A stretch of DNA of 64,000 nucleotides from an uncultured Actinomycetota bacterium (lineage in GTDB: Bacteria > Actinomycetota > Thermoleophilia > RBG-16-64-13), in NCBI GenBank assembly GCA_963843455.1, contig CAWJKE010000006.1:5510-69509 (forward strand), given 5' to 3'. The notes below the pieces were generated by a model that was not told the origin of the DNA, did no database searches, and worked only from the letters and a program-made list of their open reading frames with translations. Shown here one piece after another: positions 38,570 to 48,049 of this stretch. The position numbers and the translations under genes were made by a program. Every line of letters begins with the position of its first letter. The first letter of the stretch is position 1.

Positions 38570-39373
38570 TTACTTGGCCACGTACTGGGCCAGTGCCGCG
38601 CCGGTCGCGTCACGCAGCCAGAGCTGGTCACCGTCGATGGAGTAGGTCGCGGTCTGGGGCAGGGCGGCCAGGTAGGCGGCTTCCTGCGCCATAAGGGCAT
38701 CGGGGCCGGCCATCTTTGTGCTTATGATCTGAGCGTCGATGGTCATCTGGTCGGTGCCGGAGGTTGTGTACTTTGTCGAGTACTGGTTGATGCTCCCGTT
38801 GCCGGCTAGGCTCCCGTCGGTCCCGAAGACCGCCGTGATCGCGCTGTCCGCCGCGAGAGACTGGAGCCCGCCTTTACCGTTGTTGTAGGCGAGAGCCTGC
38901 CATTCAGTCCCGGTCAGGTTGGTCGGTTCCACCGCTTCGTATTTCACCAGCACCTTGTCCTTGTCGTCGAGCAAGGTCAGGGAGTCGGCGGTGACCTTGA
39001 AAGCCGCCGCCTTCTGCAGGGCCGCCATGTAGGCCTGTTCCTGGGCCATTGCGTCCGGGGGACCGGCCATCTGGGTGCTCATCAGGGTTCCGATCTGGAT
39101 CGTGTTGCCGGGGCCGGTGGTGTAGGGGCCCCCATAGCTGTTGACCGTGGCTGAGCCGGACACCCTGCCCGCGGCGAACTTGGCCGTGGCCTCATTTCCC
39201 TTGGCCGAAAGGACCGACTTCACCCCCGCGATCTCGGTGGCCTTCCAACTCTTGCCTTCGAGCGCCTTAGAGTCGTCCGCGGTGCTGCCACTGCCGCACC
39301 CGGCGGTGGCCAAGACCGACAGCACCAGTGCTGCTGCGCCAACAATCAAGATTACGGGCAAGCGTCGCTTCAT
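38570..39373 (-). CDS. META-domain (DUF306, HslJ-like) lipoprotein with two META repeats
   Basis: Start ATG 39373 (MKRRLPVILIVGAAALVLSVLATAGCGSG lipobox); two repeats with GKSWKATEIAG... and LTGTEWQALAYNNG... META signatures. Confidence 0.75.
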   Translation of the reverse strand: MKRRLPVILIVGAAALVLSVLATAGCGSGSTADDSKALEGKSWKATEIAGVKSVLSAKGNEATAKFAAGRVSGSATVNSYGGPYTTGPGNTIQIGTLMSTQMAGPPDAMAQEQAYMAALQKAAAFKVTADSLTLLDDKDKVLVKYEAVEPTNLTGTEWQALAYNNGKGGLQSLAADSAITAVFGTDGSLAGNGSINQYSTKYTTSGTDQMTIDAQIISTKMAGPDALMAQEAAYLAALPQTATYSIDGDQLWLRDATGAALAQYVAK

Positions 39374-39522
39374 GTCAGTACCTCCGTCGCCGAGTTGGCT
39401 TTTCGGCACAATAGCACGCCGTGACGGGCCCCGGTAAAGCTCGGGCGCGCACTGGCCGCCGCCGGTGCATGTGCGGTAGCATCGGTGAGTCGAACGGTTG
39501 GTAGACATCGGAGACACCGCTG

Positions 39523-40431
39523 ATGAATCTCTTGCAGGCAATCGGAAACACGCCTCTGGTCGAGATCGCGAATCTCAACCCCAATCCAAACGTCAGGGTG
39601 TTCTGCAAGCTCGAGGGCTGCAACCCCGGCGGATCGGTGAAGGACCGTCCTGCGCTGTACATGATCAACAAGGCTGAAGAGAGCGGGGATCTCACCCGAG
39701 ACAAGATCATCCTGGAGCCGACGTCCGGGAACACGGGCATCGCGCTGGCCATGATCGGCGCCGCCAAGGGGTATGAGGTGCAGCTCTGCATGCCGGAGTG
39801 CGTGAGTACCGAGCGGCGCCTCATATTGGAGGGCTTTGGCGCTCAGGTCTTCCCCACCTCGGCCAAGGAGAATATCGACGGCGCCATCCGCCAAGCCCAC
39901 GCGCTCATGGAGGAGTTCCCGGGCAAGTACTACATGCCCAATCAGTACGACAACGAGGCCAACGCGCTGGCCCACTTCGAGACGACGGGCCCCGAGGTCT
40001 ACCGGCAGACGAACGGCGAAGTGGACTACTTCGTAGCGGGTATGGGCACCGGCGGCACGCTGATGGGCACCGGCAGGTATCTGAAAGCGGTGAAGCCGGC
40101 GGTGAAGATCGTGGGTGTCGAGCCGGCCATGGGGCACACGATCCAGGGGCTCAAGAACATGACGGAGTCCATGGTGCCCGGCATCTACCGCCAGGAGGAG
40201 CTGGACCTCAAGGAGATCGTCGACGACGGCGAGGCCTTCGAGACCACCAGGCTTCTGGCGACCAGGGAAGGACTGTTCGTGGGCACCTCGGGGGGAGCGG
40301 CCGTCGCCGTGGCGCTGCGGCTCGCCGGGCGCATCGAGGAGGGGACCATCGTGGTGGTGCTTCCCGACCGCGGAGACCGCTACCTCAGCACCATGCAGTT
40401 CAGGTCGGTGTGCGCGAAGTGTCCGCCGTGA
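39523..40431 (+). CDS. cysM: cysteine synthase (CysK/CysM family, PLP-dependent)
   Basis: 302 aa; PLP-lysine motif SVKDRPA, PTSGNTGIALA, GTGGT nucleotide-loop. Confidence 0.9.
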   Translation: MNLLQAIGNTPLVEIANLNPNPNVRVFCKLEGCNPGGSVKDRPALYMINKAEESGDLTRDKIILEPTSGNTGIALAMIGAAKGYEVQLCMPECVSTERRLILEGFGAQVFPTSAKENIDGAIRQAHALMEEFPGKYYMPNQYDNEANALAHFETTGPEVYRQTNGEVDYFVAGMGTGGTLMGTGRYLKAVKPAVKIVGVEPAMGHTIQGLKNMTESMVPGIYRQEELDLKEIVDDGEAFETTRLLATREGLFVGTSGGAAVAVALRLAGRIEEGTIVVVLPDRGDRYLSTMQFRSVCAKCPP

Positions 40432-40446
40432 GAGGAGTGGGTTTCA

Positions 40447-41256
40447 ATGTTCTACCCGTGCCAGGTCCAGCTGGGCGACCGTGCGAGCATCAAGCAAGGA
40501 ATGGTTGTGTTGACACCAGCCGAGTCGCGACGACTGCTGGCCAAAGCTGTCGCCTCGTTGCCCGAAGTGCAGGACGCCTATGCGAAAGGTCGGCTGGCGA
40601 TTCTCTCCGGCGGAACCACTTCCTTTGTGTTGCAGGAAGTCACGGGCGAGAAGCTCGAGCCGCCGCGGTTCTCCATGGGCATGAGCGCCGATGGCCTCCT
40701 GACCATGAGTGTCGAGGAGGGGAGGGTCAACGGCCGCTGCTTCATCGAGGGGAAGATGGTCGACATCTCTTACCCCGACTTCGTCAGGACGATGGGCACG
40801 GGCGACGCCATCGTGAAGGGCGCCAACGCGGTCGATGCGACCGGCAGTATCGGCATCCTCTTGAGCAACGAGAACGGGGGAGCCATCGGGTCGGTGTTCG
40901 GTCCCGCATCCGCCCGCGGGATACCCATCATCGCTCCGGTTGGGCTGGAGAAGCAGATAGCTTCTGTAGCTGAGGCCGCCGCGGGGTGGGGGCAAACCAC
41001 GCTGGACTACTCGATGGGCGTCCGGGTCGGCTACTGTGCCGTGACGAGCGCGCTCGTAGTCACCGAGATTCAGGCTCTGGCTCTCCTCGCAGGCGTGCGG
41101 GCTCGAATCGTCGGCTCCGGAGGGATAGCCGGTAACGAAGGCGCGGTGATCCTGCTTCTCGAGGGAACCGCAGAGAAGCTCGCGAGAGGGGTGCGGTTGG
41201 TGGAAAGCATCAAGGGGGAGCCAAAGATCGAGGTGCCGCGCCATCAGCTGAGCTGA
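40447..41256 (+). CDS. conserved hypothetical protein (no family assigned), 16 nt downstream of cysM and upstream of OFOR operon
   Basis: 269 aa soluble ORF, Gly-rich segments GSIGILLSNENGGAIGSVFGPASARGIPIIAPVG and GSGGIAGNEGAVILLLEG. Confidence 0.45.
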   Translation: MFYPCQVQLGDRASIKQGMVVLTPAESRRLLAKAVASLPEVQDAYAKGRLAILSGGTTSFVLQEVTGEKLEPPRFSMGMSADGLLTMSVEEGRVNGRCFIEGKMVDISYPDFVRTMGTGDAIVKGANAVDATGSIGILLSNENGGAIGSVFGPASARGIPIIAPVGLEKQIASVAEAAAGWGQTTLDYSMGVRVGYCAVTSALVVTEIQALALLAGVRARIVGSGGIAGNEGAVILLLEGTAEKLARGVRLVESIKGEPKIEVPRHQLS

Positions 41257-41334
41257 TCGGTCGCAGCGCCGCCGGAGCCGCCCGGCGGGAGAGGCTATGA
41301 TATGCGCCGACACTCAAGCCGCCGGAGGTAATCG

Positions 41335-41544
41335 TTGCAGGGCCGCATCGAGATAGACGGGGAGCGCTGCAAAGGCTGCCTGTTCTGCATAGAACTGTGT
41401 CCTAAGAAGAGCATCCATCTTTCCGAGGAGCTCAACCTCAAGGGGTATTTCGTCGCCGCCTTTGCCGAGGGCGACGGCTGCAACGGCTGCGGCATCTGCG
41501 CGCTCATGTGCCCCGAAGTCGCCATCGAGGTGGAGAAAGCATGA
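41335..41544 (+). CDS. 2-oxoacid:ferredoxin oxidoreductase delta subunit (2x[4Fe-4S] ferredoxin)
   Basis: 69 aa with two CxxCxxCxxxCP motifs (CKGCLFCIELCP; CNGCGICALMCP). Confidence 0.8.
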   Translation: MQGRIEIDGERCKGCLFCIELCPKKSIHLSEELNLKGYFVAAFAEGDGCNGCGICALMCPEVAIEVEKA

Positions 41545-42614
41545 GGCGCCTCATGAGCGGGAACGCCGCCCTGGCCGAGGCGGCCATTCTTTCCGGCTGC
41601 ACCGCTTATTTCGGCTATCCCATCACGCCCCAGAACGAACTGACGGAGCACATGGCCAGGCGCATGGTCGAATCGGGCGGCGTGTTCATCCAATCGGAGA
41701 GCGAGATCGCCGCAATCAACATGGTGCTCGGAGCATCGGCGGCGGGAGCGCGGGCGATGACCTCGTCGAGCGGCCCCGGCATGAGCCTCAAGCAGGAAGG
41801 GATCTCGTATCTGGTGGCCGACGAGCTTCCTGCCGTCATCGTCAACATGGTGCGGGGTGGCCCCGGCATGGGCAACATCTCGCCCTCTCAGTCGGACTAT
41901 TTCCAGGCGACCCGGGGCGGGGGGCACGGCGACTACAAGACCATCGTCCTCGCCCCCAGTTCGGTGCAGGAACTAACCGAGATCGTTCCCCTCGCCTTCG
42001 AGCTGGCGGACAAATACCGCAACCCCGTTCTCATCCTCGGCGACGGCATGCTGGGGCAGATGATGGAACCGGTCGATTTCGACGGTCTCAAGCGCCCGCC
42101 GGACTACCAGAAGGACTACATCCTCACCGGGGCCAAGCACCGGCCGGCCAGGAGCATCTATTCGCTCATCTTCGACGCCAAGCTTCAGGAAGAGCACAAC
42201 TGGAAGCTCCACCGCAAGTTCCAGCTCATCGAGCAGAACGAAGTCCGCTACGAGACGTACCTCATCGAGGATGCGGAGATGGTCGTGGTGGCCTACGGGA
42301 TGGGGGCACGGATAGCCAAGGGGGCCATCAAGCGGCTGCGCCAAGAGGGGTTGAAAGTCGGCATGCTCCGGCTCGTCACCCTCTGGCCGTTCCCGACAAA
42401 GGTCCTGCAGAACATGAGCGCCACGGCCACCGAGTTCTTCGTTTTTGAGATGAGCGCCGGACAGATGGTGGAAGACGTGAGGCTGGCGCTGGGAGGAAAA
42501 GGGAACGTGCATTTTTACGGAAGACCCGGCGGAGTCATCCCGATGCCTGTCGAGCTCTACAGGATCGTTTCTCGTCACTACTATCAGGCGCTGTCGGCGC
42601 GGGCTGCGAAGTAG
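41541..42614 (+). CDS. 2-oxoacid:ferredoxin oxidoreductase alpha subunit (Por/Kor/Vor A)
   Basis: MSGNAALAEAAILSGCTAYFGYPITPQNEL...GGPGMG typical of POR/KOR alpha; ATG overlaps delta stop (ATGA). Confidence 0.85.
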   Translation: MRRLMSGNAALAEAAILSGCTAYFGYPITPQNELTEHMARRMVESGGVFIQSESEIAAINMVLGASAAGARAMTSSSGPGMSLKQEGISYLVADELPAVIVNMVRGGPGMGNISPSQSDYFQATRGGGHGDYKTIVLAPSSVQELTEIVPLAFELADKYRNPVLILGDGMLGQMMEPVDFDGLKRPPDYQKDYILTGAKHRPARSIYSLIFDAKLQEEHNWKLHRKFQLIEQNEVRYETYLIEDAEMVVVAYGMGARIAKGAIKRLRQEGLKVGMLRLVTLWPFPTKVLQNMSATATEFFVFEMSAGQMVEDVRLALGGKGNVHFYGRPGGVIPMPVELYRIVSRHYYQALSARAAK

Positions 42615-42655
42615 CCATGGGCGGAGAACCAGTCATGTCGGGCGGGGAAGCAGTC

Positions 42656-43468
42656 ATGAAGAGCGTCTACAAGCGGCCTAAGCTCCTCAAGGAGGCGCAC
42701 TTCCACTACTGTCCGGGCTGCGGTCACGGCATCATCAACCGGCTGCTCATGGAAGTCATCGAGGAGATGGATCTGGCGGACGAGGCCATCTGTGTAGCGC
42801 CCGCCGGCTGCGGCATGCTCCTCTACAACTACTTCGATATCGATGTGATCGAGTCGGCGCATGGCCGGGGCTCGGCGGTGGCGACGGGCATCAAACGGGT
42901 CCGGCCCCAGAACCTGGTGTTCTCGTACCAAGGCGACGGCGACCTGGCCGCCATCGGTACGGCCGAGGGCTTCCACGCGGCCAACCGGGGCGAGAACATC
43001 ACTGTGATCTTCGTGAATAACGGCGTCTACGGTATGACCGGTGGGCAGATGGCGCCGACCAGCCTGATCGATCAGGTCACCACGACCTCGCCCTTGGGGA
43101 GGGATTCTGATCTGGCCGGTCACCCAGTGCGCATCTGCGAAGTGTTCTCCATGCTGGACGGGACGGCGTACCTGGAGCGGGTAGCCGTCAATAAGCCCGC
43201 GGGCGTCATCAAGACGAAGAAAGCCATCCGCAAAGCCTTTCAGCGGCAGATCGACGGCGCCGGCTTCTCCCTGGTGGAGATCCTCTCGCCCTGTCCCACC
43301 GCTTGGAAGATGGGCACCCTCGAGTCCTGCACCTGGGTGGACGAGGTCATGACCAAAGTGTTCCCGCTGGGGGTGGTCAAGGACGTGACGCGCGCCGCGG
43401 ACGCGGGTGTCGCGGGTTCCGGCGCGCCGGAACCGACGCCGCGCTCCGAGGAGGCGGCATGCTCCTAA
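42656..43468 (+). CDS. 2-oxoacid:ferredoxin oxidoreductase beta subunit (TPP-binding)
   Basis: HYCPGCGHG [4Fe-4S]/TPP motif, GDGD, VNNGVYGMTGGQ; ATG 42656 after GGGGAAG (track begins 42617). Confidence 0.85.
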   Translation: MKSVYKRPKLLKEAHFHYCPGCGHGIINRLLMEVIEEMDLADEAICVAPAGCGMLLYNYFDIDVIESAHGRGSAVATGIKRVRPQNLVFSYQGDGDLAAIGTAEGFHAANRGENITVIFVNNGVYGMTGGQMAPTSLIDQVTTTSPLGRDSDLAGHPVRICEVFSMLDGTAYLERVAVNKPAGVIKTKKAIRKAFQRQIDGAGFSLVEILSPCPTAWKMGTLESCTWVDEVMTKVFPLGVVKDVTRAADAGVAGSGAPEPTPRSEEAACS

Positions 43469-43998
43469 AGACGTTGTTCTCGGGATTCGGAGGACAGGGC
43501 GTGCTTTCCATGGGCACGACGCTGGCGACGGCCGCCATGCTCGAGGGCAAATACGTCACCTTCTTCCCTGCCTATGGGGTAGAGGTGCGAGGCGGCACGG
43601 CGAATTGCACGGTGGTGGTCTCCGACGAGGAGATCGCCTCACCGGTGGCCTCCGATCCCGAGTTCGTCGTTGCCATGAACCAGCCCTCGTTCGCCCGCTT
43701 TCAGAGCATCCTGCAGGCCGGCGGACTGCTGTGCGTGAACTCATCGTTGGTGAACACCGAGACGGCCAGGAGCGACATCGAGATCCTGGCCATCCCCACG
43801 AGCGAACTGGCGGAAGGGCTCGGGACCATCAAGGTCGCGAATATGATCCTTCTTGGCGCCCTGGTTCGGGCCAGCAACATGATCTCCTATGATCAGATGC
43901 AGGAGAATCTCGCCGAGATACTCGGCGAGGGCAAGGCCAGACTGCTCAAGCTAAACCGGGAAGCGTTGGCTCTCGGCTACAACTACGTTCAGGGGTGA
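43459..43998 (+). CDS. 2-oxoacid:ferredoxin oxidoreductase gamma subunit
   Basis: MLLKTLFSGFGGQGVLSMGT is the gamma-subunit N-terminal signature. Confidence 0.85.
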   Translation: MLLKTLFSGFGGQGVLSMGTTLATAAMLEGKYVTFFPAYGVEVRGGTANCTVVVSDEEIASPVASDPEFVVAMNQPSFARFQSILQAGGLLCVNSSLVNTETARSDIEILAIPTSELAEGLGTIKVANMILLGALVRASNMISYDQMQENLAEILGEGKARLLKLNREALALGYNYVQG

Positions 43999-44002
43999 TC
44001 CG

Positions 44003-44431
44003 GTGGTGATCAAGCAGCTTTCGGTGAGCATCGACAACGTTCCGGGCACGCTCGCGAACATCAGCGAGAGCTTGGGCCGGGAAGGCGTCAACGTCAGGGC
44101 GGTCTCGGTGGCCGATACCTCCGACAGAAGTACCGTCCGCTTCGTGTTCGACGATCCGGAGAAGGCGAAGAACATGCTCATCGCCAACGGCTACACCCCC
44201 AAGGAGACCGAGGTGCTTGCCGTCGAGATACCGGATCACCCGGGCGGGATGCTCGGCGTGCTCAAGCCGCTCAAAGCGGCCGGTATCAACGTGCACTACC
44301 TCTATCCGCACCTGGGGCGGGTCAGCAACAACGCCATAGTCATCCTGGGCGTGGACAAGACCGAAGAAGCGCAGAAGGTCCTAGCCGCCAACTGGGTAAG
44401 AACGCTGGGGCGCGAAGCCTACAACGTGTAG
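44003..44431 (+). CDS. tandem ACT-domain protein
   Basis: 142 aa, two beta-alpha-beta-beta-alpha-beta ACT repeats (LSVSIDNVPGTLANISE...; LAVEIPDHPGGMLGVLK...); GTG start 5 nt after gamma stop. Confidence 0.7.
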   Translation: MVIKQLSVSIDNVPGTLANISESLGREGVNVRAVSVADTSDRSTVRFVFDDPEKAKNMLIANGYTPKETEVLAVEIPDHPGGMLGVLKPLKAAGINVHYLYPHLGRVSNNAIVILGVDKTEEAQKVLAANWVRTLGREAYNV

Positions 44432-44512
44432 GCCGCGACTGGGCTGCGGCGCCGGCCGCGCCGGGGCGGCGACCGCTCAGTTCGTTCGCGGCGCAGACCG
44501 TGCCGGCTCGGC

Positions 44513-44929
44513 TCAGATGGCCCTCATCCGATTCCCGCGGGCGTTGTGCTCCACCTCCGCCAGCCCAAGGACTTCGAGTACCGGAGGGACGTAGTTGGCG
44601 AAGCGCCCGCGCAACCCCTTCTTGAGCCCGTACCAGCCGCCGACAGGGTTCTGCGCCGACCGGGCCCACGCCTCGACGGTCCCCTCGACGGCGGGCTTCT
44701 GCTCATCCGCGGTCCCCAGCGGCATCCAGTCGCCGTGCGCCTTGAGCATCGCGTGGAGGTCTTCGATCGACCGCAGAAGGTAGCGGACCTCGGTCTTCGC
44801 CGCGATCACCACCAGCGCAGGAGGGTCCGCCTGCTCGTCGCGATAGGCCTCGATCTCCGACTGGCCGCTCGGCGTCTTCAGCAGCCACGGATCCTCGTGT
44901 GTGCCGGTCCCTCTTACATTGTCGGTCAT
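44513..44929 (-). CDS. conserved hypothetical protein (widespread small cytoplasmic family, no name recalled)
   Basis: MTDNVRGTGTHEDPWLLKTPSGQSEIEAYRDEQADPPALV...NPVGGWYGLKKGLRGRFANYVPPVLEVLGLAEVEHNARGNRMRA; start ATG 44929 (track extends to 45127 over neighbouring gene). Confidence 0.55.
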   Translation of the reverse strand: MTDNVRGTGTHEDPWLLKTPSGQSEIEAYRDEQADPPALVVIAAKTEVRYLLRSIEDLHAMLKAHGDWMPLGTADEQKPAVEGTVEAWARSAQNPVGGWYGLKKGLRGRFANYVPPVLEVLGLAEVEHNARGNRMRAI

Positions 44930-44946
44930 CTTGGGCTCCTCTCCTC

Positions 44947-45606
44947 CTAGATCGTTGCAGGCGGTCCGGCTTCCAGCGGGTCGGCGTCGCAGGTGAGCCT
45001 CCACCAGACCACCCGCGGGGTGAATCGGGTATCCGACCATCCGCGGCCCCGCAACCGCCCGTAGACGAGCAGGAGAGGAACCCCGGCGCCAAGCGCCACT
45101 CGAGCCTTGCCTCGGCCCAGCAGCCATCGCGCGACCGGAAACAGCAGACAGGCCACGAGCACCCCGCGCCCATGCTCTTTCTTGACGGTCGGGACCACCC
45201 AGATCGGCAAGATCACGGCGAACCCGGAAGGATCGGCACCGAGTATCGACCCGGCCAACGTCGCCACTCCTCGGCCCCCGCCGACTGTGATATGCCCTGC
45301 CAGGGGTGCGAGCATGAGTGCGTCGATCGTGATCGGGTCCGCTCCGGCTGCGCGACCCAGCAGGGGAGGCAGAAGGCCCTTGAGGGCGTCAGCGGCGAAC
45401 ACGGCGATGCCGGCCTTCTTTCCCATTACCCGGTAGACGCTGGAGGCCCCCGGGTTCACGACCGCGAGCTTCTGTCGGGACTCCGGTGTCGCAAGCAGCG
45501 CCGCGAGACGGGCCGCAGGGATGCAGCCGCCGGCGAACGCCAGACTCACCGCGCACAGAGACCGCCATAGCGACCAGCGCCGCGAGCTGCTAGCGCGCTT
45601 GCGCAC
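44947..45606 (-). CDS. plsY: glycerol-3-phosphate acyltransferase PlsY (acyl-phosphate dependent)
   Basis: 219 aa, 5 TM; NPGASSVYRVMGKKAGIAVFAADALKG corresponds to PlsY GSGN(x)GATNV...G-KAG motif region. Confidence 0.7.
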   Translation of the reverse strand: MRKRASSSRRWSLWRSLCAVSLAFAGGCIPAARLAALLATPESRQKLAVVNPGASSVYRVMGKKAGIAVFAADALKGLLPPLLGRAAGADPITIDALMLAPLAGHITVGGGRGVATLAGSILGADPSGFAVILPIWVVPTVKKEHGRGVLVACLLFPVARWLLGRGKARVALGAGVPLLLVYGRLRGRGWSDTRFTPRVVWWRLTCDADPLEAGPPATI

Positions 45607-46624
45607 GCGACACCTCTCGCCGCGCGGCTCTGCTCCTTCTCCCGGAGATGATCACTCTCACGCCTATAGCCAAGGCGCCCACGGCGATGGGGATGAGCCA
45701 GGTAAAGATGCGCCACAGAACCAGACTCGACACTCGGATATCCGAGGGCACGCTCGCGCCTATCAGTCCCAGATAGCCGAGCTCCGCGATGCCCGCCCCT
45801 CCTGGAAGCGGCGAGAACGGCATGATCACCTGCAGTGCCGCCTGGGCGATGATCACGGGGAAGAGACCACCCTTGTACCCGAGTGCCATGAGGACGAGCG
45901 GGATGATCGAGAACATGGCCACCCAGTAGACGGCCTGAAGTGTCACCGTGCCGACAATGGCTCTCCAGCCGGAGTGAAGCAAGACCAGGTTGGCCTCGCG
46001 GAAGGAGTCGGTGTACTTTCTCACCCGGCGCGGAAGAAGGCGCATGCCGACCGGCTTCTGGGTCCACAGTCCGGCGATGAGCCAACCGGCTATCACGCCG
46101 ACTATCACGCCGATGAGTACCCATCGCTGCAGGTTTGTCAGCCGGGTACCGATCGCGGGGACGAGGGCCACGGCCGCGACCACGACGAGCAGAGATGTAT
46201 GTATGAGGCCTTTCACGATCACCGCGGACGTCGCCTGTGAAGCGGATAGGCCGGAATAGCGGAGGCGGACGACCTGATAGGGGATCTCGAGACCGCCGAA
46301 CGAGGTCGCGCCGCCAACGAGTAGCGACTCGAAGGCGACGCCGAACACCCCCCAGGTCGAGGCCTTCGGGCAGAGAGAGCGGGCAATCACGACCAGGGTG
46401 AAGGCTTCGGTGAGCAGTACGATGATGAGGCAAAGCCCTGCGAGGGCGAGATATCGGTAGTCGGCGTTGCGAAGATCTGTATGGGCTATCTGCGGTCCCA
46501 AGCGTGAACCGGCGAGAACGATGACCACGGCGGCAGCCGCAAGGCCGGCCACCAGGTTGAGTATCAGGCGGCGCCAGCGGACGACACCCTGGGGCGGCGT
46601 CTCGCTTGAGGCCTCCAGCGCCAT
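45590..46624 (-). CDS. UPF0104 / lysylphosphatidylglycerol-synthase TM-region-like (flippase-like) membrane protein
   Basis: about 344 aa, 8 TM; start ATG 46624 (MALEASSETPPQGVVRWRRLILNLVAGL...) after GGACGAGGG; track ORF extension upstream overlaps GT4 gene. Confidence 0.6.
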   Translation of the reverse strand: MALEASSETPPQGVVRWRRLILNLVAGLAAAAVVIVLAGSRLGPQIAHTDLRNADYRYLALAGLCLIIVLLTEAFTLVVIARSLCPKASTWGVFGVAFESLLVGGATSFGGLEIPYQVVRLRYSGLSASQATSAVIVKGLIHTSLLVVVAAVALVPAIGTRLTNLQRWVLIGVIVGVIAGWLIAGLWTQKPVGMRLLPRRVRKYTDSFREANLVLLHSGWRAIVGTVTLQAVYWVAMFSIIPLVLMALGYKGGLFPVIIAQAALQVIMPFSPLPGGAGIAELGYLGLIGASVPSDIRVSSLVLWRIFTWLIPIAVGALAIGVRVIISGRRSRAARREVSRAQAR

Positions 46625-46695
46625 GTCGCCGCCCTCGTCCGGCGCCTCCAGCTGCCCGGCCCCGGCTGCCGGCGGCGGTTCCACGTTCGCGGTGC

Positions 46696-47917
46696 TCAGG
46701 CCCTCACCACCCCGGCGAGCAACTCCCGATACTGTCTGCCCACTACCGCGGGGGCGTGCCGCGATAGGGTGAACTCCCGGGCTCTCTCTCCCATGGCCGT
46801 CCGGGCCTCGGGGCTCAACGAGAGCAGCCGGCGCAGAGCCTCCGCTACTTCCTCGCTCGAATCCCCTGCTGGGATGATGCCTGTCTCGCCATTCTTCACA
46901 CTCTCCGGCGCACCTCCCGACCGGCCGGCAAGGACCGGCAGCCGGGCCAGAGAGGCTTCGGCGAAGACGATGCCGAACCCCTCCACCTCCAGGCCGCCCC
47001 AGCGGGTGCGACAGGGGCAGGCAAAGATATCGGCGGCTTTCAGCCATGGCTTCAGTTCCTCGGCGTTCAGCGCTCCCGTCATCAATACCCGTTCCTTGAC
47101 CCCGAGCGAGACCGCCAGGTGCTCCAGCCGCCCGGCGATGCGTCCGTCGCCTATGACTCCGAGATGCAGCCGAGGGTACTCGTCGCGCAAGATGGCGAGA
47201 GACTCGATGAGCCGATCCTGGCCTTTGCGCGGGACCAGACGGCCGATGATGATGACGAGCTCCCCGTCGATGCCCAGCTCCGCCTTGGCCTGAGCCTTGC
47301 TGGGCCACGGGGGCAGACTGAAGGCCCCATCGAGAGGAGGCCTAAGTGTCACTGCCGGGACTCTTCCTCGGACCTCTCGAGAGGCGGTCGCGGCGGTGAA
47401 ATCGCTCACAGTTGCCAGCAGAGCGGCGTTACCGAGGACGTGCCGCAGAAGGCTGGAACCGATGGGCATGGCCGCTGGGACGGTCACCTCGGCTCCCCCC
47501 AGGAACACGATGTAAGGGAGGCCGGTTCGCTTGGAGATCCGGGGCCCGAGCAGCCCGGTGGGCAGCGGGTGGCCGAACTGGACCAGCTGGAGTTCGTGTT
47601 CTTCGATGAGCTCGAGGGAGAGCCGCAACAGACCGCGGCTCGGGCGAAGCTGCTCCAGCGGGTACCGGTGGACTGTGTAGGGATGGGTGGCGTCGAAGTC
47701 CTGGCCGCCGGGCTGATTCGGCGCGATGATGACGACGTCGGACGGGTCGAGCGTTTGGATGAGCCCCCAGTAGTACGACTGGGCGCCGCCGATCCTGGGG
47801 GGAAAATCGTTGGTGATGAACAGAGAGCGGGGTACTTTGGTTGCGTCGCTCGTTGGCCGCACCCCCGGGCGGGATGCGGATATCTGCTCGCTGCCACTCG
47901 TTAAGTGCTGCTGCACC
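46696..47917 (-). CDS. GT4 family glycosyltransferase (PimA/PimB'-like mannosyltransferase type)
   Basis: N-terminal LFITNDFPPRIGGAQSY motif characteristic of actinobacterial PimB-like GT4 enzymes, C-terminal EX7E-type region (EGFGIVFAEA); GTG start 47917 after GGGGGAAGG. Confidence 0.75.
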
Positions 47918-48049
47918 GGCCTTCCCCCACGGGTGACTCTGCTGTCGCCCGTCCAGTATAGGGGTTCAGGAGGCTTCCCCGCAAAGCGACGGAGTTGTAG
48001 CATGGTAGCGACGTCCTGGGTTATCAGGCGAACAACCTCCGGAGGCGGC

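Noticed and set aside
44513-45127. Long 204-aa form of the 44513 ORF with a Gly/Ser/Arg-rich N-terminal extension
   Set aside because: The extension overlaps plsY on the same strand and has low-complexity composition. The conserved domain starts at ATG 44929.
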